Shown in pieces: positions 16,881-17,566 of a DNA stretch of 17,566 nt. The stretch comes from an uncultured Deinococcales bacterium (GTDB lineage: Bacteria; Deinococcota; Deinococci; Deinococcales; JAAFIG01). The translations under genes were made by a program, and so were the position numbers. Under the pieces are notes generated by a model, which searched no databases, was not told where the DNA came from, and was given only the letters and a program-made list of their open reading frames with translations. Position 1 is the stretch's first letter. Every line of letters begins with the position of its first letter. The stretch spans positions 1 to 17,566 of the forward strand of contig CAXTKV010000071.1 of assembly GCA_964244895.1 (NCBI GenBank), written 5' to 3'.

Positions 16881-16978
16881 AGAACGCCGTTCTTGCTCAT
16901 CAGACAGCACCTAACGGGCTATTCGCGCTCCAGCACGCAATTCTTTGAGTCTCGAGAATGCCGTGCTGGATGGTGTTC
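16881..16978. repeat. REP-like palindrome carrying one 39-bp inserted unit
   Basis: AGAACGCCGT[16891-16929]CCAGCACGCA...CTCGAG...CGTGCTGGATGGTGTTC. Confidence 0.8.
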
Positions 16979-16984
16979 CTTGGA

Positions 16985-17530
16985 TTACTCGAACAACGCG
17001 TTAACGGGCAAAGTCCAATCCGGCACGGCAGGTTCCGCGCTGGCCGTATCGCCACGACGGAACACAGTCGGCGTGTACGGCTGATCCGCCCGATAAGAAC
17101 GCACCACGTCATCGCCCAGCAAATCCACGTCCCAAACGACCAGCGTGCCGCACGCGAAGTAATCCGCGCGCTTCTGAGCCATCACGCGTTCCGCTGTCGG
17201 GCCGTAATCGTTCTCTGAGCGCACCTCGACCGCGAACACGGGCGCACCGTCGAGAAACCGCATCTGGGATCTGGGGCCAGTGTGGTACGAGGCATCGGGG
17301 CTGAACGATTCGCGGTGAGGCAGGCGAACGAGATACCCCATGTTATCGGTGTGGGCGCGACCAACGCCTGTCTCTCGAGCGTAGGTTCGGAGGCTCGCGT
17401 AGATTGCCCCGGCAGCGTCATTCGGCATTTCCCCTGTCGGTGGCATTTTGACGATTTCTCCTTGAACGAGTTCAGCTTTGTCCGTCATGGCGTACAGGTC
17501 GGCGATGGTGGCTCTTGTCGGTGTGCTCAT
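16985..17530 (-). CDS. Uma2 family (DUF820) endonuclease
   Basis: ELVQGEIVKMPP, FSPDASY, APVFAVEVRS, KRADYFACGTLVVWDVD and the C-terminal VPDWTLPVNALF. GAGGTG RBS. Confidence 0.92.
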   Translation of the reverse strand: MSTPTRATIADLYAMTDKAELVQGEIVKMPPTGEMPNDAAGAIYASLRTYARETGVGRAHTDNMGYLVRLPHRESFSPDASYHTGPRSQMRFLDGAPVFAVEVRSENDYGPTAERVMAQKRADYFACGTLVVWDVDLLGDDVVRSYRADQPYTPTVFRRGDTASAEPAVPDWTLPVNALFE

Positions 17531-17566
17531 GCGTCACCTCGAGTCTAGGGGCGTTTGTTCGTCTTT

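Noticed and set aside
16128..16910. N-terminal 260 aa of the 422-aa ORF, suggesting a DinB fusion
   Set aside because: It is largely the antisense of hpf. The DinB domain has its own -10/ATG start at 16127.
261..16978. CRISPR array or integron attC interpretation of the palindromes
   Set aside because: Copies are dispersed singly between housekeeping genes in both orientations. There is no regular repeat-spacer period, no cas or intI gene, and no RYYYAAC/GTTRRRY ends.

Overview
GC-rich bacterial chromosomal window, most likely Deinococcota. This is inferred from the Deinococcus/Thermus-type MinC N-terminus, the maf-mreC-mreD-mrdA-minC order without mreB, a LysJ-type transaminase and many leaderless-type starts. 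Most genes are housekeeping: maf-mreC-mreD-mrdA-minC(partial) on the - strand; ubiX-ispD-ispE-Thr/Ser dehydratase, lysJ/argD, guaA and long HPF on the + strand. Accessory genes are an AT-rich secreted repeat protein, two Uma2 nucleases, a blasticidin-S-deaminase-like enzyme, a pseudo-receiver, a DinB-family protein and a polytopic membrane protein with two PmoC/AmoC-like DxxWH...PH motifs. The most unusual signals are non-coding. (1) A REP-like palindrome family (GAACACCGTCCAGCACGC...GCGTGCTGGACGGTGTTC) has about 10 copies, occupying most larger intergenic spacers. (2) Two of these copies are interrupted at the same nucleotide by one or two tandem 38-39 bp units with a conserved bulged-T hairpin. 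(3) CTCGAG is more than 10-fold over-represented (about 75 copies by manual count). All calls come from reading the sequence; no searches were run.
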